A stretch of DNA of 63,673 nt, counting the filler, from Chiloscyllium plagiosum (Eukaryota): NCBI RefSeq assembly GCF_004010195.1. It is 4 parts of one record of this genome, joined end to end, with 100 filler letters (N's around TTAATTAATTAA, not from the genome) between each part and the next. Parts side by side here need not be neighbours in the genome. Positions count along the whole stretch, not along the records: positions 25,889 to 53,883 come from NC_057715.1; positions 53,984 to 61,084 come from NC_057715.1; positions 61,185 to 63,673 come from NC_057715.1; 1 more part is not named here. One strand, given 5' to 3'. The notes under the pieces are model-generated. The model did not search any database, was not told the origin of the DNA, and was given only the letters and a program-made list of their open reading frames with translations. The position numbers and the translations under genes were made by a program. Positions 48,661 to 62,337 of this stretch are shown here, one piece after another (position 1 is the stretch's first letter; each line of letters opens with the position of its first letter).

Positions 48661-50866
48661 AAATAATTGTACACCTGTTGTCTTTCACTGTGTCTCACAC
48701 CTGCACACACAAAACATGGGTGCTCGGGAAAATATAAGCACTACTGCAGTTAAGTGGTAGTGTGTGGGGAGGGGGGTTAAAAAACAGAAAAAAACTTTTA
48801 AAAAAGAAAAAAATATATAACCAGGCAATTTAGAGCCTCCTCGGGTTAGGGCACTGATTCTGCACTGGCTGGTGTTACAGAAAGCAGAAGAAGAAAAAGA
48901 GAGAGAAAAAAAGAACCCTCTGATATTTTTATTATCTGGCTCTGCCCTTGTTTCATTTTACAACAATAAGACTCACAAAATCTCTTTTAGAAAAAAAATT
49001 CTCCTCCTTTAGTAAGACTCATTTGGTCCCTAAGAAATTTGCTTTAAAGTAACGGCAAAAACAAATTCCATTCAGAAGAAATCCAGCAATCGAAAAGTAT
49101 TAAAACTAATTTGAATGAACTGGGTTTATGGGACGTGAGATAACATCAATCAAAATATTGTGCTTGCTTCATTCCTAGCAGTGTTAAATAACTAATATGA
49201 AAACCCAGCCTAACAAAAGGGACTTTGCATAAATTAAAATAAGCAAGGTTATACTTTGAAAATAATTCAGAGAAAACAGCAAACCTTCCATTAAAAAAAA
49301 GTATCTTCCTCCATGAGCTATTTTATTTTTCATGTAAAACGCTATTGCACTAGCCTGCCTTATGCTTGGAAAGTTGTGGAAGGCACTCAGTTGTTTAATT
49401 AATAGATCATTTCTAAACCTGGCCAAATTGGAATTCATAATTTATGCTTTTTGTCAACATGCAAATTGTAATTATTTATGATTAAAAACAGTAAATTGCA
49501 ATATTTGTATTTAAAATATGTTCCTAAATTGAATGTAATTTATGCAACAAGATCATCTCAGTTGCAATACCTGAATGATCCCAATGTCACATTGACATTG
49601 TATACGTCTCTCACATACAGCACCAAGCCCTGAGGAATTCTGACACATTCAGCTGGAGAAAAGGTAAAACAGATGGAGTAAAATTAGGTACTGGAGATTT
49701 GAGTTATCAGAAAATTGGTGACTGTGCCATTACTTCCTATCCTATTATTAACAGCAATATCTAGTTATACAATCATTACATAGCCCTGCCTGCTCTCAAT
49801 GACTTTGTGATTTTGAACTTTGAGTTGTCCAAAATTGAGGGATTTTGTTCAGAATCTCTTAACTCATTGAATTTGATAAATTTGTTAAAATATTTATTTA
49901 CAAAAAAAATGAAATTGAAGATACATAGCAACAGACCAGTTAGTACACTGTATGAAAAAAAAACACTCTCTCGGGAGTGAAGTTAAGCAGTACTTTTAAA
50001 AAAGATATAAATGTATTGCCATTATGCAATATTTCACAACATCGACCATTGCAAGTGAGATGATGAATTTTTCAGGTAACCTTTACTGGTCCAACTGCTA
50101 GAACTCATCTGTATAGTATTGAGAATCATACACATTAACTTACAATACAGCTGCCATCATAAGTTTCACTATAATACCACAAGCAATCTAATTAAGCCAA
50201 GTTTGAATATACTTCCATCTCTGATCACTGGAAACAAAAAAGAACTTATTATCAATAAGCGCAAAATTTTTTCTCAAAGTCATTTTTTGCGTTCTCCTCC
50301 TTTGTTTCATTACCAGCAGTCCCCAGTGTCCCGTAACATTTAACGGACTTCTGACTGCCTCAGAATAGCCTTGTTGTTCAGCAATTCACCCCCTACATTT
50401 TTAGATCTATTAAAATATTTTAATTAAATCAGTCATCAGGGTCCCATCTGCCACACACTGCCTCTGCACAGGGGTTGCATTTGGACTCCCCTCAGGACAG
50501 TGACTGTACTTAGTTGCCTTCATGGCTGGCTGCGTAACATACACTGGAGAAGCTATCACAGATTCAGACATCAGTACCTGAATATCTTTCAGACCACTCA
50601 GTAAATCACCAGCACAAGATGGCTTTGATTTCTGCTTAGCTGAGAGGAGTCAGATGGTGCTTCTGAATATGAGACCCGATTTTCCTTTATCAAACAGAAA
50701 AATGAAATAGTAGTGCTCATTTATTTTCAAGTGTTCTTGTGAGTTAAGGTAAAATAACAATATTTTACACTGGGTTAGCAATAAGGTATAAATATCAGAC
50801 TGCTCTTTCGGATAAAATGCACATCACATACACAGTCAATGCTATTTTCCAAAGGTGGAGCAGGTA

Positions 50867-51216
50867 GGGTGGCATCTTGACTCAATGGTTAGCACTGCTA
50901 CCTCACAGCGCCAGGGACCCATGCTCGATTCCACCCTTGGCTGACTGTCTGTGTGTAGAGTTTGCACATTCTCTCTGTGTCTGTGTGGGCTTCCTCGCAG
51001 TGCTCCAGTTTCCTCCCACATTTCAAAGATGTCTAAGTTAGGTAGATTGACCATGACCACTAAGTTGCCCATTGTTTCCAGGGATGTGCAGGCTAGGTGG
51101 GTTAGCCATGGGAAATGCAGGGATAGAATGGGTTTGGGTGGGATGCTGTTTCGAGGGTCAGTGTAGACTTGTTGGGCCAAATGGCCTGCTTCCATACTCA
51201 CGGGATTCTATGATTC
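50867..51216 (+). mobile_element. HE1-like V-SINE
   Basis: Full-length homology to the other copies. Confidence 0.85.
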
Positions 51217-51536
51217 TTACAAGGTATTGGAGCTGACATACTACTGAAGAACTAGCTCTTAGCTTACAATTGCATGCTAGTACAGGATAACCGTATGTTA
51301 TGTGAGGTTAGTAAGTTATCTCTCAGTCAAAGTACACTCACCTCTGAATTAATTGCATTCAATTACTATTCCATACAAATATCTGTGGCAATAGGGTCTG
51401 TTTAGCTGCAGGTTGCTCCTTCAACTGTATCACAACATCAGTAGCATTTAAGTACATGTTGTGTTTTAATCTAATCCAGAAATGAGCAGTACATTAAACA
51501 ATACAAAATGGCCATATGCACTTGGGACTGGGATCC

Positions 51537-51555
51537 CAGCCACCAGAGGGCAGTA
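51537..51555 (+). promoter_or_regulatory. Candidate CTCF site
   Basis: CAGCCACCAGAGGGCAGTA closely matches the CTCF core consensus CCASYAGRKGGCRS. Confidence 0.6.
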
Positions 51556-52787
51556 ACATATAATTGCCTGACCTCTTTCTTGGGTGTGTGACAGGATTGT
51601 GATTGAGATAAAGCGAGAGCAGATTATCATCAAGTGAGGTGACTAATGGTTGCTCTCCTATGAGGGTCTTGGACTTCCAGCATAGATATAATGAACTGGA
51701 TCAAACCAGTGTTTAGTCTTTAAAAAACCTGTTGTTGGAGATGGACATCTGTACATTGACAAACTGCTCTCTCTTTCTCACTATTCATAGTTCCCTTGCA
51801 GAAATATTTTAGAAACAAAACTGAATGTGTTAGTGATAGACAGAGCCATGATTTATGGTGTATAAGCCCACCCACCTACCAGCTCCTGTAATGTTCTGTG
51901 CCACTGGGTATTTGTTTGGGGTCTTTATTTGCTATGCTTAGTTGCAATGCAGTGTTCATGAATCAGTGTATTTCCTCAGCATGTGAAAATCCCAGGGACA
52001 GGAGGAGTCCACATGAGCGTTAGGGTGCCATACCAAAACTAAAACCTGGTGCACAACCAGAGGGGATAATTCGTAGATGTCATAGCATACATTGACAGTA
52101 CAAGTTGACATGTAATGGGTGACAATGCTTGTATAACTAAAATGGTTTGTCACTCATGCTTGAAAATGTCAACCACTCTGGATGGTCATTTGAAGATTGG
52201 ACGATGATTGGAGAGCAACATAATATGGCAGCTCACTATGACCTATTCAATTCAGACATGCTTCGAAATATTGATGAGCAATTGATTTCAGTTGATAATA
52301 ATGTTGGTAACAAAGATATAAGCAGACAACAGTGATCAGTCCTTTCTGCACCTTATACAGAATAACAATGCACTCTCTGTTGGGAGGGGAATTCGGGATG
52401 ATTGCAACGAGTAAGAAATAAATAAGTGGTAGCAACTCTATGATAGCATTTCATATTGTGAATGGTAGTAAGCTTCTTTGAAGAACAAGTGTTTTGTAAC
52501 AGATATGTCTGCCTGTGAAGAAAGGGGCCTTTAGACGATAGAGCTAAACCAGAGAGCTGGTGAAAGCCGAGCTTGACACAACATCATTAATGGATACCCA
52601 ATGAACAGTAAAGTCTCATGTTTGAAGGGAAAAACTTGGCAGATGGGCTCAGCCATGTTGCAGATCGTAAAAGCTGATGGTATATTTGCAGATCTATCTC
52701 AGTGTCTGACAGAAACATGGAGAGAACTGCTTTTGGAAAGAATATAATTACATCAGGACTAGCAGATAGTTATCAGTGAATAAACAA

Positions 52788-53100
52788 GGGCAGCCCAGTG
52801 GCTCAGTGGTTAGCACCGCTGCCTCACAGCACCAGGATCCGGGTTCAATCCCAGCTTCGGGAGAATGTCTATGTGGAGTTTACACATTCTTCCCGTGTCT
52901 GGGTGGGTTTCCTCTGGGTGCTCCGGTTTCCTCCCACAGTCCAAAGATGTGCAGGTCAGGTGAATGGCCATACTAAATTGCCCATGGTGTTAGGTTCGTT
53001 AGTCAGAGGGAAATGGGTCTGGGTGGGTTACTCTGAGGGTTGGTGTGGACTTGTTGCGTCGAAGGGCCTGTTTCCACACTATGGGGAATCTAATCTAAAA
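52788..53100 (+). mobile_element. HE1-like V-SINE
   Basis: A and B boxes, V-domain and TCTAA tail. Confidence 0.9.
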
Positions 53101-53119
53101 AAAACAACATGGCATTGAC

Positions 53120-53640
53120 CTAGAGACCAGAAGCAACAACAGCAAATTTAGCACAGATGACCCTGCAAAATTTTCCTTCCTAACATCTGGGATCAAGTGC
53201 TAAGATTAGCAGAGCTTTCTCACATACTAGTGCAATAACAGCCTAACATTGTCATATACACTCAATCATATCTTCCAAACAATGTTCCATAGATCACAAT
53301 CCATGAGTATAACTTGCTCACTCAGTCATATTCAGCTGAGAAGGAGTTGTCCTTTGAATCCGCAGCATTGACTCCAGACTCCATGACGTTTCTTGGCTTC
53401 AGGTCAAACAAAGACAAAGAAACTTACTGTATTGCCCAACCTTGGCTGATGAATCAATACTTTTCCATTTGGAACATAACTTAGAGGAAGCGCTGGGACT
53501 GGCAAGAGCACAGAATATATTATTCCTGTTGGGCTTCAATATTCATTACCAAGACTGGCTCAGCACCACCTACCATGTGAATAGGATAGATTTCAAAAAG
53601 ATCAAGTATGCCACCACTGGGCATTCCTGAGTACACTGTG
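53120..53640 (+). mobile_element. Degraded LINE endonuclease region
   Basis: Remnants NIWD...LAELSHILVQ*QPNIVI and LGFNIHYQDWL resemble APE domain motifs. Confidence 0.5.
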
Positions 53641-53717
53641 AGCAATCAGTTGGAACAGAAGTGCACTCGAACATGTTGGTGCAACCTCATGGCTTGGCAT
53701 ATTACTTATGAAGAGAT

Positions 53718-53883
53718 GGAAATGTGTTGCTGGAAAAGCGCAGCAGGTCAGGCAGCATCTGGGGAACAGGAGAATTGACGTTTCGGGCATTAGCCCTTCT
53801 TCAGGAATGAGGGAAGTTGGTCCAGCAGGCTAAGATAAATGATAGGGAGGAGGGACGTGGGGGAGGGGCGTCGGAAATGTGAT
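53718..53883 (-). mobile_element. PLE pLTR running into a gap, intact hammerhead core at 53777-53804
   Basis: Reverse complement CUGAAGA-A-GGGC uaau GCCC-GAAAC-GUC. Confidence 0.8.
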
Positions 53884-53983
53884 NNNNNNNNNNNNNNNNN
53901 NNNNNNNNNNNNNNNNNNNNNNNNNNNTTAATTAATTAANNNNNNNNNNNNNNNNNNNNNNNNNNNNNNNNNNNNNNNNNNNN

Positions 53984-54720
53984 CTCATCCTTAATGATGG
54001 ATTCTCGAATTTTACCAACAACCGAGGTTAAGCTGGTTGGCCTATAATTTTCCATCTTTTGCCTTGATCCTTTCTTGAACAGGGGGGTTACAACAGCCAT
54101 CTTCCAATCATCCGGGACCTTTCCTGACTCCACTCAGCCCCGTGACACCCTTTAATTTTTGGGATATTACTCATGTCTTCTACTGTGAAGACTGACGCAA
54201 AGTACTTGTTAAGTTCTCCTGCTATTTCCTTATCTCCCATCACTAGGCTTCCTGCATCAGTTTGAAGTGGCCCAATGTCTACTTTTGCCTGTCGTTTGTT
54301 TCTTATGTACTGAAAGAAACTTTTCCTATTATTTCTAATATTACTGGCTATCCTACCTTCATATTTGATCCTCTCATTTGTTATTACACTCTTTGTTATC
54401 CTCTGTTTGCTTTTGTATCCTTCCCAATCTTCTGATTTCCCACTGTTCTTAGCCACTTTATAGGATCTCTCTTTTTCTTTAATACATTTCCTGACTTCCT
54501 TTGTCAGCCAAGGTTGTCTAATCCCTCCCCGGTTAATCTTTCTTTTCTTGGGAATGAACCTCTGTACAGTGTCCTCAATTATACCTACAAACTCCTGCCA
54601 TTTTTGCTCTACTGTCTTCCCGGTTAGCCTCTGCTTCCAGTCTATTTTAGTCAGTTCCTCTCTCATGCCCTCATAATTACCTTTATTCAACTGTAACACC
54701 ATTACATCTGATTACATCTG
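53984..54720 (-). mobile_element. CR1 ORF2 internal fragment
   Basis: Encodes KGNYEGMREEL...LNKYFASVFT, then jumps to VPDDWKMAVVTPLFKKG...NYRPTSLTS. Confidence 0.9.
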
Positions 54721-56244
54721 GTAAGTTTGAAGTCATAGAGAAAAATGAAAAGGAGAAAGTATTTATATTTTAAAAAAACTGAATTTTGGCAGATGATAAT
54801 TATCACTGCTTTTAGAATGATTGTCATCTTTTCTTAAATGCCACTATTTTGCTTCAAACGTATTTCTACACTTCACAATTTAGACTCTTCTGTTTTTTTT
54901 TAAGCTTGTGCAACAAATACAAGGAACTTCTGATTTTTGACTTGAAACATATTCTCTTTTCATAGTTTAGAACTGATTTTCTTTTAATATAACTTGATTG
55001 TCAGGTTTGGCCATTGCTGTCTTTAATGTGTGGAGGGTACAAAAGGAAGGAAGTTATGATAATCCAACACAGACTGCAGCATTGGGTACTACATATAATG
55101 GGAAGGATGAGAAAGCATTAAAACAGATCATAGGAAAAGGAGGAGGACTATTCAGTCCCTGGAACCTATTCCATCATTCAATGAGATCAGTTCAAAAAAG
55201 ATCCAATAGAATAGCTGCTGGAATGTGGAATTTCAGCAGACATGGACAAATTGGAGAAACAGGGGCTATGAAGAAATAGTTTAGAGGAGATTTGGTAGGG
55301 GTGTTCAAAACCATGAAGAATCCAGTCAGAATATATGGATGAAACTGTTCCCATAAGTGGAAGGATCAACAATCAAAGATCACTAAGTTAAGGCCTTTGG
55401 TGATGTGAGGAAAAGCTGCTTTATCAAGCAGGCAGTTAGGATCGGTAATGTTTTTTGAGAATCAGGTGGAGGCAGCCTCCAGAGAAAGCATTGCTGTGTA
55501 TGGTGCTCTTATTATTGAGGATAAGCGAGTCTCACTTGTGAATATTTTGCTTTAAGTTTACATTTGGGGTGGGTTTTATTTGTTTTGCTGAAGTTTTTTT
55601 TGCTGATGGAGGTCTAGCATATCTTTGATGTATGATCACTACAGACCACTGTGTTGTATGAAGCATTCTGCATTATTGATCAACACGGTAGATTTGCTAC
55701 TAAAGTCAACTTGAAGGGTAGGGGTTTATCAGGCTCACTTGGTCTATTGTGGAAGAGGGAGCCCACTTCATTGTCTAACAAGAAGAGTCTTTTGAACATG
55801 TATGTTTTCATCTGAGCAACAAAGTACAAGTTACGTTTTAGAGGCTGAGGAAAACTATTACTCATCTTATTCCTTCAATATCCTAGCTGTACTCCTACCA
55901 GTTCCATGTAACATTACTATAAGGGGTAATGCTTAAGGAACTCCTTAGTATTAGCTCCTTCAGACCCTTACACCTTTATACAACATCTCCTCCCAAAATT
56001 GTTTCCCTCATTATCCATATATAAATATATATATATATTTGGGTATATAATTACACTTCCCATTGTCACATCTTCCCAAATGTCTCTGATTTCACAAATT
56101 CAGGTGGTCTGGAGGTTTCACTATTCTTGCCACATACATTCTCGACAGCCTTGTTAGATTTGTCAACTCTGGGTTCAAGACATTTAGCCTTGATTCTGTT
56201 CCAAAGAGAGTGAGTCCCTTTAGACTAGAAGACATTTATTAAGA

Positions 56245-57580
56245 CCATAACAAATAGGTGCAACATGGATCATTCAGACTGGCAAGTCTGCTGTGCCATC
56301 CAGTAGTATCCTGGCTGATGCAATCATCCACAATCCCACGTTTCTACCTTTTCCCTAAAACCCCTGATTTCTTTACTGGTCAAAAAATCTGTCTCTGTTT
56401 TGAACATACTTAATGATTAACCTCAACATCCATCTGCGGTAAAGGGTTCCACAGATTCAATACCCTATGAAAGAAGAAATTCCTCTTCATCTGTATCTAA
56501 AATGGGCAAGCCCTTATTCTGAAATCATGCCCTCTGATTCTCCACTCTCCAAAGAGGGGAAATAACTTTTCCACATGTACCTTGTCAAGTCCCCAAGATA
56601 ATCTAATATGTTTTAATAAGGTTTCGCCAGTCTTTCTTCTAAACTCTAACGAGTACAGGCCCAATCTATTCAACCTCTCTTCATACCTCGTGTCAACCTA
56701 GTGAACATTCTCTCAACCACTGCCAATGCCAATTTGCCTCCCTTTAGATAAGGGACCTGGAGTCACTTCCCTCATCAAAGTTATTAACATATATAATAAA
56801 TAACAGTGGTCCCATCACTGATCCCTGTGGTATTCCACTAGTTACAGATTCTATCCTGAAAATGCCCACCCTAGCCCAACTCTGTCTTCTATCCAGTCTA
56901 ATGTTCTACCTCCAATACCATGGACTCTTTTTTCTTATTAAATAGCTTAAGATATGGTACCTTATCAAATGCATCCTGAAAAATCTAAATATATTATATC
57001 CACCACTTCCACTTTATCTATCCAACTTGTTATCTCCTCAAAAAATTCCAGAAAATTTGTCTGGCCATGATTTCCCCTTCATGAAGTGTCACTGACTATG
57101 CTTGATGATGTTTCTAATGCTTTGCTGTTGTATCCTTTATAGTAAACTCTTAATATTTTCCTAATAACAGACATTAAGCTAACTGGTCCATTGTTCTTAC
57201 TTTTTTTGTCTCCTTCCCTTTGCAAATATAGCTGTTAAATTTTCCAGATGCTAAGAATTTTTGGAAGATTATGACTAGTGTATTCACTATCTCTCAAGCC
57301 ATTTCCTTAAATATCCTTGGATGCCTCCCTTGTTATCGAGTGGACTTATCGGTTTTTAGCCCCATTAGCTTCCTTTGCACTTTTTCTCCAGTGGTAGTCA
57401 TTGTAATTCTTTCCTCTGCTCCTTTTGCCCCTTGATCATTGAGTAATTTTGGTGTGTTAGTAGTGTCTTTTACTGTGGAGACTGATGCAAAGTATTCAAC
57501 TCCTCTGCCATTCCCTGGCTTCCTTTTTATTATTTCACCAGTTTCATTCCCTAAAGAGCTAAGTTTACTTTGGCTTCCTT
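56245..57580 (-). mobile_element. Old CR1 LINE (RT and 3' end, deleted)
   Basis: Remnants of GIPQGSVMGP and AFDKVP plus a CR1 3'UTR on the minus strand. Confidence 0.75.
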
Positions 57581-57754
57581 GGGTCCGCTATTTGAGGATT
57601 ATTTCTTGGTATGTTCTCTCTCACAGTTACGAAGAATTCTTCCTATGAAGAATAGGAAACAAAAGTCTTTGTTTGAACTTGCATATTCTGAATCACCTCA
57701 GCATCTGAAATTGGGTTTCAATCTGTAATAGCTATTTGTTCTGATTTTTCTTTT

Positions 57755-58185
57755 CTGATTTTTCGCTGCTGGCCACAGAAACGTCTGTCTGTACCTTCGA
57801 CTAGAGAGTCCCCTAACACAATTGATTTCTTGGAACCTAATGTACCCCTCATTGCATTAGAGCCAGTCTCAATACCAGAAACTTGGCTGTTCGTGCTACA
57901 TTCCCCTGAGAATCCACCATCCATCACATACTGATACTGTTGCAAATTCCTCATTGCTTCTAACTGTCTCTCTAATCGATCCATTTGATCTGATAAGATT
58001 CGCGACCAACAGCATTTATTGCAGATATAATCTTCAGTAACTCTTCAACTCTCTTTAAACTCCCACATCTGACAAGAAGCACATATCACTCTACTAAAGG
58101 CCATTTTTGCTCCTTCACAATCTACAGACCCAGAAAATAATACTGTCTTATTCCTCTACAAAACACTGCCCCAGGTTAAATTCAC
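57755..58185 (-). mobile_element. CR1 5' end: ORF1 fragment
   Basis: ATG at 58104, MAFSRVICASCQMWE...ICNKC, then SIVLGDSLVEGTDRRFCG (SGNH block I). Confidence 0.85.
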
Positions 58186-59539
58186 AATGCTTTATTGCAA
58201 TCTGAGTTACTTCCATTGAAGATGTATCAATGAACTCAAATGGAATATACTTAGACTTAAAATATGTTGCTTTATCACTTTAATTTTGACTATGTGACCT
58301 TGGTTTGAATTCCTTCTGTAATATCTCCTACTTCGTGTTCTGATGAATGAACCCAGTTCCTCAAACTTCGTGTTTGGGCGTTTACATTATAGAAGACACT
58401 TGATGTTTTTAATAGCTTCTAGGCACATTGTTTACTTATGGACCAGCTCGTCATAGTCCCATCTAGATGCCCCATCTGGTTATTGTCACTGAAAGGGACA
58501 GGAGCTTACTTTGGGAGTGGAAGCATTATTAATTTGAGTTACTGAGACTATTTTTGAAAGAATGAATCTTGCTATCACATGGTGTGTTTGAGTTGAATGA
58601 CATAGATGCATTGAAGGGGAAGCTAGATGGCTTCATGAACTACAATAGAAAGATATGCTGATTAGGGTGTGAGAAAGAGGAGTTGAAGGAACCTTATGTG
58701 GATCATTCTACAAAACTAGTATTCTGGGCTGTGGTTTGAGTTTTTCAGCTGTACACAAGTCCAATCCCTATTGCAGGGTGACTGCACTTCGTTTTGGTAC
58801 AGATATTTTCTGAAGCCTCGAAATTAAAACCATTGTGTAGCTTTTTGTCCTCGTTGTATGACAACAGCATACCTCTGCTGTGAGACCTGTCGTTCTTGCT
58901 GAAGATCATTTTAGCTATGAAGGAATTCCCATCATTATTGGGAAAGGAGCAAGAATAAAATGACAATGCAGCACAGTTTGCAAAGCCAGCTGCAGTTTTC
59001 TTTTTGTGTCATGCAGCTTGAGTTTTGAGTTAAATGACCTTTCTGGAATGGATGTGGATTTATACATTTATTTTTCTTTCTGTAATGTTAAGCTGTGCAC
59101 CCAATTGCTTGGAAGTAATGGCTAGCATTTTCTCCAATAGAGATCTCTTCAAATGAGAAGGTTAAGTGATGATTGGTTAAGTTAATCATTGTTTCCAAGG
59201 TGAAAGATTTTGATGGAGGAAAATGTGTCCAGAGTTTAGATTAAAATTTGTTGGAAAATTATTGAGGTTGGATGAGGCAACATGTTATTCAGTTACACTT
59301 GTCAGATTCTGGAATGCACTCACTTTAAAAAGGTGATAGAAGCTGATTTCCTGGATAATTTTAAAAGGAAGTTAGACAAACCTTCAAATTTGAGAAGCTT
59401 ACAGGATTATGAACAAAATGCTGCAATGCGGAACTAATTACAACTGCTCGTTCAAAGAAACAGCATTTAACAGTGGAATGGTATCCTGCTTCTGTGGTGT
59501 AAATTTCAATGTATGTATGACTAAATGAAGATTGAGTTA

Positions 59540-60635
59540 TGCAGTTAAGCAAACATCTATGCGGGAAAAAATATCATGGTGTAGGGCCGGCATGTTGGCA
59601 TGAATAGATGCTTGGCTGCTAATAGGAAACAAAGCATAGGCATTAAGGATTGGCAAGATGTAATGAGTAGTGTGCCATTGGTATGAATTCTGGGACCTCA
59701 ATAGTTTGCAATTTTTATAAATATCTTTGATGAAGGGAGGGATAGTATGCTTGCCAGTTTTGTTACCAACACAAAGAATAGGTAGGAAAGTATATTGTGA
59801 AGAGCTCTTAAGGGAGACTACAAAAATATTCAGTTAGGTTAAGTGAGCGAACAAAGTTCTAGCAAATGGAGTATTCAGTAGTAGGAAAAATATGAAATTG
59901 TCCATTTTGGCAGGAAGAATTAAAAAATAATTACACTATTGAAATAGAGACTGAAGAGCACTGATTGCAGACAAATCTTTGTATCTTAATGCATTAATTA
60001 TAAAAAGTGAGCAGATACAGCAATTAATTAGGAAAGCTGATAAAATGTTATCATTTACAATGAGGGGAAATTGAATGTAAAGGTGGAGAGGTTATGTTTC
60101 AGTTATATAGGCCACAGGTGAAACCATGTCAGGAGCAATATGTGCAGAATGGGTTCCTTATCCAAAGAAGAATGTAATGGTGTTGGAAAGAGTTTCAAGC
60201 GGGTTTACCAGACATAAGACAACCCACCCAATCTATAAATTATGAGAGAGGTTTGGACTGGCTAATCTCAAATCTTTTGGTGTTTCGAGGTGTTTAACGG
60301 TGATGGTTGAAATATATAAAATCCTGAGGCGTCTTGGTAGTTGTGCGGAGGATATTTTCTCTTATGGAATAATAAAAACTAGGGGCCACGATTAAAAGTC
60401 AGGGGGCACCTGTATTAAACACACATTTGGCTCTTTATTTCCACTCTGAGGATTGACAGTCTTTGGAACTCGCTCTGAAAAGATGGTGGAAACCGAGTCC
60501 TTGAATATTTTTAAAGTAGAAGTTCTTCTTTAACAAAGGGTTAAAAGGTTATCAGGCTGGCGAGCAATGTGGATTTGAGATCACAATCAGATCAGCCATA
60601 AACGGTGGAGTGGCCTAACTTCTGCTCTTTGTTTG
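59540..60635 (+). mobile_element. Old CR1 LINE RT-to-3' end
   Basis: Degraded WLLIGNKA, VHFGRKN and other CR1 C-terminal motifs. Confidence 0.7.
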
Positions 60636-60784
60636 TAAGGGTGGAACTGTTATGTGAGTCTTTCAGCCACAGATCAGAACTTAAGATGACTGATGCACAA
60701 GTATTTTAACATTATCAGAACAATAGACCGACAAGAGAAGAGGAAGGTGCAATGATCTGCAGCCTACTTGAAGTTGAGGTAGAT

Positions 60785-61084
60785 AGCCCCCACCATCACA
60801 CCCACTTCAGTTACCGGCTCCGCCCCCACTCCCAGCTCCACACCCACACTAGATCCCAGCTTCCAGCCCTGCCGAGCTTTCACCATCCCTCCAGACATCC
60901 CCCTCACTGAGGACAAACGATCAGTCCTCAGCAAAGGACCCGCCTTCATCCCCCTCCTTCGATGCATCAATGAATTTAATACACGCCGTGACATCAAACA
61001 CTTCTTCCACCACCTCCGCCTCTGAGCTTACTTTCACAATCCGGACTCCTGCCCACCTTCCCATGACCCCTTCGCCCACCTTCA
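60785..61084 (+). mobile_element. Penelope-like ORF N-terminal region
   Basis: Encodes FTIPPDIPLTEDKRSVLSKGPAFIP...DIKHFFHHLRL*AYF, matching the PLE LSKGL.F.P motif. Confidence 0.75.
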
Positions 61085-61184
61085 NNNNNNNNNNNNNNNN
61101 NNNNNNNNNNNNNNNNNNNNNNNNNNNNTTAATTAATTAANNNNNNNNNNNNNNNNNNNNNNNNNNNNNNNNNNNNNNNNNNNN

Positions 61185-61465
61185 CCCCCTCTGACCCTAC
61201 TAAAACATTTAAACCCTGGAACCTGCAACAGGCAATCCTGTCCCTGTTCTAGCCATGTCTCCGTAATAGCCACAACATCGAAGTCCCAGGTACCAACCCA
61301 CGCTGCAAGTTCACCTACCTTATTTCGTATACTTCTTGCATTGAAGTATACACACTTCAAGCCACTTTCCTGTTTACAGGCACCCTCCTTTGAAATTGAT
61401 GCCATGTTCCTAACCTCCCTACACTCCAGGCCCTGCACCCTGAAGCTATAATCTGGGTTCCCATG
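61185..61465 (-). mobile_element. CR1 ORF2 endonuclease start
   Basis: Encodes LKCVYFNARSIRNKVGELAAW...DVVAITETW. Confidence 0.9.
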
Positions 61466-62337
61466 TTGTCAGTCCCTCCTGCTTGTTCAGCTACATAGAT
61501 GTCCCCCACTCATTTAACACCAACATAAATTTCCTCTGCATCTGAAAATAACAAAGCTTTTTCCTCAACTCTATACCCATCAAACACTCCAGCCACAGGA
61601 CAACAAGGGGTAACTGAAAATGTAGAATACTGACCCAATCAAACACTTCTACAACTGGGGGTAAAATAAAAGATCCCTTAGTCTTTTCAGAGTTCAAAAT
61701 GATAATAAGGACAAATAAAACAGCCTACGCTTTGGCACCATACCAAATCAAAAGGTCAAATAGAAACTTATGCAACAGAACCAAAACTTACTAGATTAAA
61801 AACCCATTTCCAATGAGATGATGTACTCAGCCCTTCACAGTACCTATCAGTCTTGGAAGGTCCCAGCTGTGCCAGTGAGCACCAGGTGCTTCCCAGGGAA
61901 ATGTGAATGCAGATTTAACTGTGAAGGAGGCGTAGAGAGTGTGGAAACATGAGCCCTTCCATGGCCCACTGATTAGACCTCTTGATTGTCATCTTGGCAA
62001 GGCACAGGAGCAGAGCCATGAGAAGGCCATTAGAATTTCTGCTCCTCCTTCATCAGGCATTAGATTGAAGTGCAGCGAAAGTTCAGCAGCTGACACTTCA
62101 AAAAACTAAAATGAAGCTTCAAAAGACAGGTGTTATGAAGCAGAGGTCAACCCCATCCCTCATAACTAAAACCAAAACACCCAGAGAGGCTCATTTTGCC
62201 TCATAATCAGTTAAAAGAAATCTGAAAAGTGTATAGCCTTCCTCTCGGCCCCCAATCTGTTATAAAGGCATCAGTAAATGAAATGAAATCCTCATGCTCA
62301 CTCCACAATCAACAAGTAACAAATTGTTTACCTAATC

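Noticed and set aside
53845..53870. G-quadruplex-like G-runs
   Set aside because: This is the ordinary purine-rich tract of the PLE pLTR, with no specific evidence of function.
54088..54702. 204-aa ORF (also 27075-27689)
   Set aside because: These are CR1 ORF2 fragments, not host genes.
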